Source of the DNA: Candidatus Bathyarchaeota archaeon
GTDB taxonomy: Archaea > Thermoproteota > Bathyarchaeia > Bathyarchaeales > Bathycorpusculaceae
Length of the DNA: 64,000 nucleotides
Direction of reading: 5' to 3'
NCBI GenBank assembly: GCA_963720565.1
Contig: CAVRFW010000001.1
Location: 1 to 64,000 of the forward strand
Below the pieces are notes generated by a model. It was not told the origin of the DNA. It searched no databases and saw nothing but the letters and a program-made list of their open reading frames with translations. The position numbers were made by a program, and so were the translations under genes. Shown piece by piece: positions 41,176-51,311 of this stretch. The number at the start of each line of letters is the position of its first letter. Position 1 is the stretch's first letter.

Positions 41176-42435
41176 ATGGAATTAGGAAGTGCACATATGA
41201 CTTGGGAAAACTCTAGCGTCACCTTGGTTTCGCTGTACACTGTTATTGTACTGGTAGGAATATTCTTCGTTCTCAAGTTTTCAAAAGACAAAACAAGAAA
41301 GGTTAGTTCCCTTCGACTTTTCATTCAGGCAGCTGCTGTCTTTGCTGTGTTTATGGGACTCATAATAGGGCCATTTAATCAGCCGTTGTGGGAGCCTTTG
41401 GGGCCTTCCCCTCGTGACAGATTAATCGGGATTGAGTTTCTAGGAAACCAGTTTCCAGATGGTTTGTCTGTCCCTATATTGGCTTGTTATTATCCGAACG
41501 GTAGGACGGTTACTTGTCCGATTTGGCAAATTCAGGCTTACATTTTTCCGTTTTGGAACTATCCAAGGGGATATGAAGTTGTTTACTCTACATCGGGATT
41601 GGAGATGCTTGCCATAGTTTTCGGTTCCATGATTGTGTTGTCTTTGATTCTTGGAAGATTTTTCTGCGGGTGGTTATGTCCTTTCGGACTCTACATGGAC
41701 GTGTTGACTCGGATTCGGAAGGCTTTCAGGCGGAAACATTTGAATCTTTCTGACAAAACGAATAGTGCAGTTGGACAGCTTAGGTATGTTTTCATCGCAG
41801 CCTTTTTGATTTTAAGTGTGATCTTCGGCTCCTATGCTATTTTTGGCATCGAGATTGTTCCAGGCACGATTCCCGGTGGACCTGAAGGAACTGAAGCTGG
41901 AATTGTGGGAAACATCAACGAGCCCTTCTGCTTAATTTGTCCCATGAAACCCTTATGCATACTTGTTGAATGCGCCATTGGATCTATGAAGTATTCTTAC
42001 GTCTCCCAAATAACTTATGAGCCTTTTTATATGGTTGGCAGTTACCTAACCTCGATAAATCTGCCGATATTTGTCGCAGTTACAGTTTTGTCTTTGGCTT
42101 ATAGGCGGTTCTGGTGTAGAATCTGTCCCATGGGCGCTCTCACTGCTCTGTTTAGTTCCTTCTCGCCCTTCAAGAAAATCGCCCTTACGCGCTTGAAAAA
42201 GAATGAACAGAAATGCACCAAATGCGGAGTGTGTAAACGCGTGTGTCCAACTCAAGCAACAGATGTGTACGAGAAGAAAGGAGGCGACGTTACCGAATCT
42301 AGGTGCATGCTTTGTGCGCGTTGTGTCGAAATGTGCCCCTATGAAGACGCATTAACTTTGGAGTTTGCCGGAAAAAGAGTAATGCGATCAAGAAATTGGC
42401 TAGACCGAAAAACATCACAAAAGCAAGGCGGATAA
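41176..42435 (+). CDS. Membrane 4Fe-4S binding protein (NapH/RdxA-like)
   Basis: GRFFCGWLCPFG, RFWCRICPMG, CTKCGVCKRVCP, CMLCARCVEMCP. Confidence 0.88.
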   Translation: MELGSAHMTWENSSVTLVSLYTVIVLVGIFFVLKFSKDKTRKVSSLRLFIQAAAVFAVFMGLIIGPFNQPLWEPLGPSPRDRLIGIEFLGNQFPDGLSVPILACYYPNGRTVTCPIWQIQAYIFPFWNYPRGYEVVYSTSGLEMLAIVFGSMIVLSLILGRFFCGWLCPFGLYMDVLTRIRKAFRRKHLNLSDKTNSAVGQLRYVFIAAFLILSVIFGSYAIFGIEIVPGTIPGGPEGTEAGIVGNINEPFCLICPMKPLCILVECAIGSMKYSYVSQITYEPFYMVGSYLTSINLPIFVAVTVLSLAYRRFWCRICPMGALTALFSSFSPFKKIALTRLKKNEQKCTKCGVCKRVCPTQATDVYEKKGGDVTESRCMLCARCVEMCPYEDALTLEFAGKRVMRSRNWLDRKTSQKQGG

Positions 42436-42441
42436 AGCGGT

Positions 42442-43154
42442 TCAGAAATGTGAGCGTACAAATAGGAAATCAATAGTATCCAGTGAGGTTATACCTAGAT
42501 TTCTATTCCAGGAACGCTTTTTTCTCTCATAGATGAAGTCGGCGACCTTGGTGAAGGCTGTGATCCAAACTAGGTAAATTACTGCTATGATGGTGTATGC
42601 CTCGAGTACAGTATATGTTTGTCCGGCAATTGTCCTGCTGGCTCTCGTGAGATCCAATAGACCGATATAGCTTGTCACGCCGTGCTTTTTGTCAATGAAC
42701 AAAACTCATTTGTCCATGCTGGAATCACTTTCCTTAGAGCTTGGGGTAGAATTACGTGGATTATGGTTTGCGCTTTGGACATTCCGGTTGAGAGTCCCGC
42801 GAGCATCTGATCTTCAAATACGGTTTCGACTGCGCCTTTAATGTATCTTTTTTGGTACGCTGCGCTGTTTAGGGCAAAAACGAGGAAGCCAATGAGGTAT
42901 GGGTTGATTGGAATGTGAAGGATATCTGGGATTGTGTAGCGAGCGAGAAAGAGCTGGACAACAAGGGGGCTGCCTCTGAAAAACTCAACATATATTCTGA
43001 TTAAGAACGAGGTGATTTTTCCTCCGTACAAATCGCCAATAGTTAGACCGATTCCTAATGCAAGTCCAAGAAAAACTCCGAACAGGGTTATTGCTACTGT
43101 TAGAAGGAAGCCTTCAAGAATAGGAGGAGCGTATTCGATTGTGAATTCGAACAT
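42442..43154 (-). CDS. Polar amino-acid ABC permease, frameshifted, paralog of 48122-48802
   Basis: YVEFFRGSPLVVQLF, ILPQALRKVIPAWTNEFCSLTKST. Confidence 0.8.
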
Positions 43155-43155
43155 T

Positions 43156-43247
43156 CTATTCCCGTTGTGTTTTCTTGATTAGTCGGGTCATGAATTTTCT
43201 GGTTCGTTCGCTTTTAGGATGAAGAATTGTTCTGTCGGCGCGCTTTC
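43156..43247 (-). pseudogene. 3' remnant of an amino-acid ABC ATPase gene
   Basis: ESAPTEQFF..PKSERTRKFMTRLIKKTQRE* matches the C-terminus of 47312-48121 (ETGPPPLFFNAPNTDRAKKFMTRIINRTTRE*). Confidence 0.7.
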
Positions 43248-43369
43248 CTAGCAAACAAATCTCGCGCAACATAAACGCAGAAGAGTTTTGGGCTTCTTCA
43301 AATAGACGTGTTCTCAAGCTTTCAGGAAATCAGAGCTGGCTTACAATTGGGCAACTCCGAGCTTTGCTC

Positions 43370-44011
43370 TTAGGATGTTCGTGATTGTTTTGCTGCTTTC
43401 ACAATCATACCTTTCGGGACAATATAACCCTTGAAAGGAACCCACAAGCTCTTGAAATAGCTAATGCAGACAGCGCCAAATCCAGATTCTTCCAGCAATC
43501 TTACCATTTCGTCTTCGCCATAAAGCTTCAAATTATATTTTTCTATGAGTTGTGAATGATCTTTTCCATCGTCTTTGTTGTAGGCCATTTCAAGAACTAG
43601 CCTGCCACCAGGAGCTAATACTCTATATATTTCCTCAAGGGACGCTTTTGGTTCTGACCAAAAGAAGAATGTCTCAATCCCAACTGCAACAGAAAACTCG
43701 TTGCCTTTCCAAGGCAGAGCAGAAGCAACGCCTTGCACAAATTGGACTTTTCCTAATTTAACAAGTTCTTTGTTATTGTTGTTCGCTAATTTTGCCATGT
43801 CTTTGGAAAAGTCTAATGCAGATATTTGCGCGACGTGGGAAGCGTATTTTTTTATAAACAAGCCGGAGCCAGAGCCTATTTCAAGGTACCGGTCATTATT
43901 CCTCAGTCTGATAACTTGTGCGGCGTTTTTATAGAAACTTCTGGTGCCCATAGACATCCCCCAAGCTAGGAATTTTCCAAGAATGCCTGTGGGCTGTGAG
44001 GTTTGCGTCAT
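43370..44011 (-). CDS. Class I SAM-dependent methyltransferase
   Basis: LEIGSGSG, LDFS, EIYRVLAPGG. Confidence 0.9.
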   Translation of the reverse strand: MTQTSQPTGILGKFLAWGMSMGTRSFYKNAAQVIRLRNNDRYLEIGSGSGLFIKKYASHVAQISALDFSKDMAKLANNNNKELVKLGKVQFVQGVASALPWKGNEFSVAVGIETFFFWSEPKASLEEIYRVLAPGGRLVLEMAYNKDDGKDHSQLIEKYNLKLYGEDEMVRLLEESGFGAVCISYFKSLWVPFKGYIVPKGMIVKAAKQSRTS

Positions 44012-44094
44012 GAAGCATTATTCTCTTTATGGTGTTTCAAGTTCGCTTGCACGTGCTGCGTGCATAAGCTTTTTTAGTGGGATACTGTCGAACC

Positions 44095-44836
44095 TCAAAA
44101 TTCAAGTTTTAGACCATCGTGTGCGCAAATAGTGTTTCTGAATATCGTTGTTGCTGCAACCTTTGCCTAGGGAACGGTCTTTTGGTGTTTTGTAGTTGCT
44201 AGCGGTAAAGTGGGTTAATACGAGTTGTCTGACGTTGGCTTGTTTTGCTGTGTTTGCAGCGTCTTCCGGATCCAGATGAGGCCAATCTAATTCTTCTTGT
44301 CCAGGTAATAGTGAGCATTCTGTTATTAGAAGAGCTGCGTTTTGTGCGAGCTCGATCAAGTTGTTACATAGTCCTGTGTCAGTGCAGTAAGTAACTGTAT
44401 GATTGTCCAGTTCGAACCTGTATCCCAGGCTCGGATCCGAATGAACCAATTGTTTGCAAGCGAATGGGAAAGGCGTTTTGTGACTGCCTTCTTCCAGGTC
44501 GTGGATCTCGACCCTGAACGGCAGGTCGCTGAATGGAATCGTGTATGGGTGCCTGATAATTTGCAAGCCATCCTTGGTGCCTGTATATCCATAGATGTTT
44601 ACTGTTTGTTTGAATTTGAACTTGTTAAACGCGTGAAAACCTATAGTGTGGTCAAAGTGCAGGTGAGACAGGAACAAGTGAATCGGTTTTTCGGTTCGGA
44701 TGTACTTGTCAATTTTATGTATCCCGTCTCCAGCGTCAAGGACAACGTAGTCTGTTTCCGTTTCAATCAATACGCAAGATGTATTCCCCGAACCTGTTGA
44801 ATACCAGCCGTTTGTACCCAGAAACCTGATTTTCAT
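44095..44836 (-). CDS. Metallo-beta-lactamase-fold hydrolase (RNase Z-like), frameshift near the 3' end
   Basis: FLGT, DAG, SHLHFDH, TDT, HL, LVLTH; AHDG in the shifted frame. Confidence 0.85.
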
Positions 44837-45249
44837 GGCGAACACAATCCTCAGCGAATAGAGTTGTTGAAAATGTCTTCTTTGAGTAGATATATTTAAA
44901 TGATTTTTCAGCCGTAGCGCGCTAGCCACAAACCGCTTAGTTCTATCTCCTCCGCTACAATACAAAGAGGCATCTTTCACCTCTGCAGCTAATATTTAGT
45001 GTACATGAAGACTAAAGTGCCTATTCATCAGAGTGCTTTCAGAGGACGAATGTTATAAAAAGGCAAGGCGCGCTGAATCGGTACGGGATTGAGGATGCAT
45101 GTGTCCGCACCTTTCACAAACTTGGCAAAGATATCCTTGAGCGTTCAGGAAAGACGATTTACAGAACAGATATTGTTCACGAAAACAAGAAATACGAATT
45201 TGTAAAAAGCTTTTTCGAAGAAGAAGCAGTTGCTAACAGGAATTTCTAC

Positions 45250-45700
45250 AATTTGTTTATCCACTACGTGGTAACTGTTCGTGATGAAGATTCTGAGGTA
45301 ACTGAAGAAGACAAACAGGCGGTTTTGGATTACGCCATAGAAAGCAACTACATTTCGATTAATGGTACGAAGGTGAGTAGCAGAGCCGAGAAGGAGACTA
45401 TGGATTGGCTCCTTACGCATAAAATCAATGGGCGAAAAATCGAGGTGAGATATGAACCTGATGTTGATGATTTGTTTAGACCCGATTTCTATTTTCCACA
45501 GTTTGAAATCTAGAACATTGGGACCTTAGGAAAAATGGGGACGTACCCGAATGCTTCGACCAATCATCCTTGGAATATAAAGATAAGATGGAAAAGAAAA
45601 AGGGTTGGTTTGCTGAACACAACAAACCTCTTGTTGAAACATTTGCGTGCGCTACCAAAAGGTTGGTAGGTAGCGGCAATACTTTCCGAAAGTTTGCGAA
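45250..45700 (+). pseudogene. Fragment of a helicase IV/UvrD-associated PD-(D/E)xK-like domain
   Basis: KVSSRAEKE..YEP..RPDFYFPQ..*EHW..KKGWFAEHNKPLVETF, with an internal stop and no intact gene around it. Confidence 0.5.
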
Positions 45701-45803
45701 AAACGAGCAACTTTGACTCGTAAAGACCAAATAAAACATCGTTTGCCCATTATGCTAGAACTTAAATACAGAGACCAGTGAATTATGGAGCTAGGAGAAA
45801 AAA

Positions 45804-46637
45804 ATGGCAAAAATATTAACCATAGCTTTAGTTGTAATAATGCTCATCGTAGGATTCGCCGCAGGCTTGGTTGCCAGTCCACTAATTCTACCGCAAAACC
45901 AGTCAGGCACAGATGCTGTCTGGGCAAACATTCAAGAAACCAAAGTCATCCGTGTGGGCACAGACCCAACATGGCCTCCCTACCAACTGCGAGATGAGGT
46001 CACAGGAGAAATCGTAGGCTTCGAAGTTGACCTAGGAGACGCATGCGCAGCAAAACTAGGCTTAACAATACAATGGAACGACGTAGGATTCGACAACATC
46101 ATCCTTTCCGTTCAGAATGGTCAACTTGACATGGGTGTCAGCGGCTTTTCAGTAACCCCTGAAAGACTAGAGGTTGTCTCCTTCACTTTGCCACACAGCA
46201 CAACAGAAGGACAAATAGTAATGCTAACGAGCACAATGGAATCCAAAGGCATAACAACCGTAGACTCGCTTTCAGACTTCAAAACCCTGGGCATCACCGT
46301 TGGTGTCCAATCTGGAAACGTTCAGCAGATAGAACTTCAACAAGCAGGAGTAAGCGTCAGAACATGGGAAGATTCTGCATCGCCATTCCAAGATATGGTA
46401 AGCGCAAACCCAAGCGTACAAGCAGTATATGCCGAAACACCAATTACAACCGATTGGATTATTCGATTCCAAGCTGAGGGAAAATCAGTTGAGGTTGTCT
46501 ACACCCGCCCATTCTGGCCAGTTGCATTCCTCACCGCCAAAAACTCACATACTCTACTTGACAAAATGAACGGCGCACTTGCAGAGCTAATCTATGATGG
46601 AACAGTAGATCAACTAAAAGCAGAATGGCTTGATTAA
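45804..46637 (+). CDS. Polar amino-acid ABC substrate-binding protein
   Basis: VGTDPTWPPY, GFEVDL, VTPERLEVVSFT. Confidence 0.9.
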   Translation: MAKILTIALVVIMLIVGFAAGLVASPLILPQNQSGTDAVWANIQETKVIRVGTDPTWPPYQLRDEVTGEIVGFEVDLGDACAAKLGLTIQWNDVGFDNIILSVQNGQLDMGVSGFSVTPERLEVVSFTLPHSTTEGQIVMLTSTMESKGITTVDSLSDFKTLGITVGVQSGNVQQIELQQAGVSVRTWEDSASPFQDMVSANPSVQAVYAETPITTDWIIRFQAEGKSVEVVYTRPFWPVAFLTAKNSHTLLDKMNGALAELIYDGTVDQLKAEWLD

Positions 46638-46653
46638 ACACACGTGAACTGTA

Positions 46654-47307
46654 TTGGATGTCTGGCAACAGTTAATCTTCCTCCTGGGAGGAGTACCAGT
46701 TACTCTTTCCATTTCTATACTCTCTTTCATAATCGGCGTAGCAGTAGGTTTGCCACTCGCATTTATCAGAACCTACGAAAAAGAAATCGGTTTTGTAGTT
46801 GATGCTTACGAAAAAATCCTACGCGGCATTCCAGAAATAGTATTATTGTTACTCTTCTATTTTGGGTTAGGAGCTTATTTTCCGTTACCTTTTGGCAGCG
46901 CCTTCTTTGTTGCAGCCTTCGTATTAGGATTGAGAAGCGGAGCAAATCAATCGCAAATTTACAGAGGCGCAATTCGCGGAGTTGGTGACGAACAAATCAT
47001 CGCCGCCACATCTATCGGTCTCTCTAAATGGAGGGCAATTTGGCACATCATGGTTCCCCAAGTTTTGAATTTCTCAACTGCAGGTTTAGGCAGCGAATAT
47101 GCCTTGCTCATTAAAGACTCAGCCTATGTTTACGTCATAGGCCTAGCAGAACTGATGACAAAGGCCATACAGATAAAAAGCATCCCCCCCGGCGATGTTG
47201 TCACACCATTTGTTCTCTCCGCAGCCATCTATATTGCGTTAACATTCCCCATCGCCTCCTGGCTGGATAGATGGGGAAATAAAAGAAAAAAGAAACTAGG
47301 ATTGTAG
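46654..47307 (+). CDS. Polar amino-acid ABC permease
   Basis: LRGIPEIV, IYRGAIRGV, LIKDSA. Confidence 0.9.
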   Translation: MDVWQQLIFLLGGVPVTLSISILSFIIGVAVGLPLAFIRTYEKEIGFVVDAYEKILRGIPEIVLLLLFYFGLGAYFPLPFGSAFFVAAFVLGLRSGANQSQIYRGAIRGVGDEQIIAATSIGLSKWRAIWHIMVPQVLNFSTAGLGSEYALLIKDSAYVYVIGLAELMTKAIQIKSIPPGDVVTPFVLSAAIYIALTFPIASWLDRWGNKRKKKLGL

Positions 47308-47311
47308 AACA

Positions 47312-48121
47312 ATGACCGACCTCGTAATGGAAGCAAAACACGTGTACAAGAATTACGGCAAAGAATCCACAAAAACAAACAAGATTGGCCCACAAACATG
47401 CCTTGCCACCGAACAAATTGTTGAAGCAGTCAAAGACGTCTCAATGCAAATTAGAAAAGGCGACATAAAACTAATTTTTGGACCCAGCGGTTCAGGAAAA
47501 AGCACCTTCCTTCGCTGTATGGCCATGCTCGAGATTCCAGACAAAGGCGAAATTTACCTTCGCGACGAATGTTTAACCCGCCCCGGCGTTGATCTAAACA
47601 AAGCACGTGCAAGAATCGGATTTGTCTTCCAACACATCTACCTATTCCGCCATCTCACAGCCCTGGGCAACGTCGAGTTAGCACTCCGACAAGTGCTAAA
47701 ACTGCCCAAGGAAGAAGCCCGCAAACGAGCATTAGCTGCCTTAGCAGACGTAAAAGTCACTGACTGCGTTAACAAGTATCCTTCTCAAATGTCAGGAGGA
47801 CAGGCACAACGCGTAGGCATCGCCAGAGCGATAGCACGAGACCCTGACATTATTCTACTTGACGAACCCACATCAGCACTAGACCCAGAGCTCACCGGGG
47901 AAGTTATTGACACCCTTCGTGACTTGGCAAAGCAAGGTACAACAATGCTGATCGTAAGCCACGAAATGCCATTTGCACGCGAAGTCGCAGAAGAAATGAT
48001 TTTCTACGACGAGGGCACAGTCGTTGAAACTGGACCCCCACCACTATTCTTCAACGCACCAAATACTGATCGAGCCAAAAAATTCATGACAAGAATCATA
48101 AACCGAACTACCCGGGAATAA
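47312..48121 (+). CDS. Polar amino-acid ABC ATPase (GlnQ-like)
   Basis: [31 protein letters not shown]. Confidence 0.92.
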   Translation: MTDLVMEAKHVYKNYGKESTKTNKIGPQTCLATEQIVEAVKDVSMQIRKGDIKLIFGPSGSGKSTFLRCMAMLEIPDKGEIYLRDECLTRPGVDLNKARARIGFVFQHIYLFRHLTALGNVELALRQVLKLPKEEARKRALAALADVKVTDCVNKYPSQMSGGQAQRVGIARAIARDPDIILLDEPTSALDPELTGEVIDTLRDLAKQGTTMLIVSHEMPFAREVAEEMIFYDEGTVVETGPPPLFFNAPNTDRAKKFMTRIINRTTRE

Positions 48122-48802
48122 GTGATGTTTGAATTTGTCTTCAACCCCGTATACCAAGGGTGGATCCTTCAAGGGCTACTCCTAACAATCGAAATTACGA
48201 TGTTTGGGGTCTTGATGGGCTTAGTATTGGGAACCCTCTTGGCTATCGGCGACATCTACGGTAAAAAACCGATTAAAATAGTGATTGCGACTTATGTAGA
48301 AATCTTCCGAGGAAGCCCTTTATTTGTACAGCTTTTCCTGGCAGTATATACAGTTCCAGCGATACTTAATGTCCAGATTGACCACGCCTTTTTAGCTTTT
48401 CTAGTTTTTGGATTGAACAGTGCCGGTTATCAGAAAGGCTACATGAAAGGTGCAATTGAGACCATAATGGGTGATCAAACGGAAGCGAGTTTATCGGTAG
48501 GTTTGTCAAAGATTCAAACTCTTCGCCATGTTATTCTGCCACAAGCTTATCGTATAGTCATCCCCTCATGGACTAACGAATTCTGTTCCTTGACAAAAAG
48601 TACCGCAACTCTAGCATTCGTAGGCTTTCTTGACTTAGTAGGTGCAGGTCGCTCGATCTTAATCAATAACATGCAGATTATGCCTGTTTGGATTGTTATC
48701 GCGATAATCTACCTAGTTTGGATAACTGGATTCTCAAAAATAATGGACATCATTTATGAAAAAGAAAAGATTCCAGGCATCGAGCTAAGCATGCAATCTT
48801 AA
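48122..48802 (+). CDS. Polar amino-acid ABC permease
   Basis: YVEIFRGSPLFVQLF, ILPQAYR. Confidence 0.9.
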   Translation: MMFEFVFNPVYQGWILQGLLLTIEITMFGVLMGLVLGTLLAIGDIYGKKPIKIVIATYVEIFRGSPLFVQLFLAVYTVPAILNVQIDHAFLAFLVFGLNSAGYQKGYMKGAIETIMGDQTEASLSVGLSKIQTLRHVILPQAYRIVIPSWTNEFCSLTKSTATLAFVGFLDLVGAGRSILINNMQIMPVWIVIAIIYLVWITGFSKIMDIIYEKEKIPGIELSMQS

Positions 48803-49013
48803 GCATCTATTCTCTTTGGTAGTCCGACCAAATTTTTAGCTAAATCCTCTATAGCACCCGTGATTGTTCTGAAAATTATTCCCCAGCCATTCTAAGCTAA
48901 ACTCAAGTCTACGCGGTCTTGAAAGGCCCAGAATTGCCAAATTGCGCATATTAGATTTGGAGCACGTTGTCAAAGAGAAGGGTTTTATTAATTGTGCATC
49001 AATGAAGAATGCA

Positions 49014-50075
49014 ATGAAAACAATTCACAAGCTGTTTTTCGGAAACGCCCGCAACATGAACAAAATAGAAGACAACTCTATTGATCTAATGGTTACGTCT
49101 CCACCTTACCCTATGATTGAGATGTGGGATGAGATTTTCTCTAAGCAAAACTCAGAGATTGGGAGAGCTCTGAAGAGTGAAAACGGAGAAATAGCTTTTG
49201 AACTCATGAACAAAGAGCTGGATGAAGTCTGGAACGAAGCTTATCGTGTGCTAAGTCCTGGCGGGTTTGCATGCATCAATATCGGAGACGCCGCAAGAAC
49301 TTTAGGTGGCGAGTTCAAGATTTATCCAAGCCATGTGCGAATATTGCAGTCTTGTCTCAAATTGGGCTTCAGTTCTCTCCCCGAGATAATATGGAGAAAA
49401 CAAACGAACGCTCCGAACAAGTTCATGGGTTCAGGTATGTTGCCGGCTGGAGCCTACGTTACACTAGAACACGAGTTCATACTAATCTTGAGAAAAGGCA
49501 ACAAGAAAGAGTTCATCAACGAGGAAGACAAGGAACGCAGAAGAGAAAGCGCGTTTTTTTGGGAAGAAAGGAACATGTGGTTTTCCGATGTCTGGGAAGG
49601 TCTGAAGGGAACAAAACAAAACAGCATAGATGAGGAGATTCGGGAGAGAAGTGGAGCTTTTCCGTTCGAATTGCCTTATCGATTAATCAACATGTTATCG
49701 CTTAGAAACGATACCGTTCTTGACCCCTTTCTGGGAACTGGAACCACAACCTCGGCTGCGATGGCTACGGGAAGAAACAGCGTAGGAATCGAAATAGACA
49801 AGAAGTTCAAGGTAACTCTGTTTGAAAGATTTGGAGGCATAGTTGACTTCTCGAACAAGCTTATCGAAAACAGAATAATAAACCACCTGAAGTTTGTCAA
49901 AGAAAGAACCGAAGCCAAGGGTGAACTGGGCTACAAAAGCACGACATACGGCTTTCCAGTTATGACTAGTCAAGAGACTGAGATAACCTTCGATGAACCA
50001 TTAAAAATTGTTAAGAAAGAAAGCGAGATTGAAGTGGAATATCGAGAAAAGCATACTTTTCAGTCTACGACCTAA
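49014..50075 (+). CDS. Beta-class N4-cytosine/N6-adenine DNA methyltransferase (orphan)
   Basis: Catalytic motif TSPPY precedes the SAM-binding motif VLDPFLGTGTT. Confidence 0.9.
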   Translation: MKTIHKLFFGNARNMNKIEDNSIDLMVTSPPYPMIEMWDEIFSKQNSEIGRALKSENGEIAFELMNKELDEVWNEAYRVLSPGGFACINIGDAARTLGGEFKIYPSHVRILQSCLKLGFSSLPEIIWRKQTNAPNKFMGSGMLPAGAYVTLEHEFILILRKGNKKEFINEEDKERRRESAFFWEERNMWFSDVWEGLKGTKQNSIDEEIRERSGAFPFELPYRLINMLSLRNDTVLDPFLGTGTTTSAAMATGRNSVGIEIDKKFKVTLFERFGGIVDFSNKLIENRIINHLKFVKERTEAKGELGYKSTTYGFPVMTSQETEITFDEPLKIVKKESEIEVEYREKHTFQSTT

Positions 50076-50431
50076 GACCTTGTAAAAAAAAAGAGGAATC
50101 TATGTTCCGTATTTAGCAGTGTTTGCTCCCGAAGTTTTGTTTGCTCTCCATGCAACAAAAAACTGCCAGAGTCTTTGTTAGGGGAGCAAAATCGCTGAAA
50201 ACTTGCTGCAATCAAATTGTCAAAGCATCAAAACGCGTTCCTGGTAGAAACAAGTGTACGGCGTTGATCAAATTCAATTCACCAAGATTAGTGAAAGGAT
50301 ACCAGGCTTGTTGAGAGTAGTCTCAAATGCTACGAGCGTTGAGAGACACGCATTAAGCAAGGAGAGACTGTGGCGCAGAACTGGTTTCTTCCCTCTTTTC
50401 GGCAGGGTGAGCGCGCGGTACTGTTTTTCAA

Positions 50432-51311
50432 TTATAGTGTGTCTTCTGTTCTGAGTTTTTCTCTAATTGGCTTTTCTGAGTCGAATACAAGTTTCTTCCC
50501 GTTTCCCAGCCATAGAGGAAGAAGCGAGAGATCTCGGGTCAGCCTTTGGAGGCCAGATAATTCTAGACTTGCGGCTTGGTCACTGCCCCACATTGTTCGG
50601 TCTAGTGTTATGTGCCGTTCAATAACGCGGGCACCCATGACTGCTGCAACTAGAGATGCAGTGTAGCCTTTTTCATGTCCACTATAACCTATGATGTGGG
50701 CAGGGTATCTTTTCTTGTATGTCTCAATTGCTCGTAAATTGAGTTCGGAGTTTTCGGCTGGATATGAAGAGTTGCAATGGAGTATAACAAGAGGAACAGT
50801 AGACGAGGAAGTTTATGGCTTTGTTAATTTCAGATATTGTACTCATACCCGTGGAAAGTAGAATTGGTTTTCCTGTGGATTTTGTTTTTTCCAAAAGTCT
50901 TTTGTTGGTCAACATTGCAGAGGGGATTTTGTAGCAGGATACGTTGAAATCTTCCAGGAAGTTTACGCTGGGAAGGTCCCATGGTGAGGCAAACCACAGT
51001 ATATCCTTCTTCCTGCAATAGTTATCGATTTCCTCGTATTGTTCCCTGCTGAACTCCAGTCTTTTTTTGTATTCCAAGTAGGTCAGTCTCCCCCAAGGCG
51101 TATCTTTGTAATGGTTTTTCTGGTTTTCAGGTACGCAGAGCTCGGGTGTCCTTTTTTGGAATTTTACAGCGTCACATTTGCAGAAGCTTGCTAGATCTAT
51201 CAATTCTTTAGCGGTATCGATATTTCCATTGTGGTTTATCCCTATTTCAGCGACGAAGAAAACGGGCCAATCGTTTGAAATTGTTTTATTCTTGATTTTT
51301 ATCTTGGTCAT
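50432..51311 (-). CDS. neuB: NeuB-family nonulosonic acid synthase, frameshifted near 50770
   Basis: AEIGINHNG, AVKFQKR, KIPSA, STGMS, GYSGHE (shifted frame), IERHITLDR..GSDQ. No C-terminal AFP/SAF domain. Confidence 0.88.
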
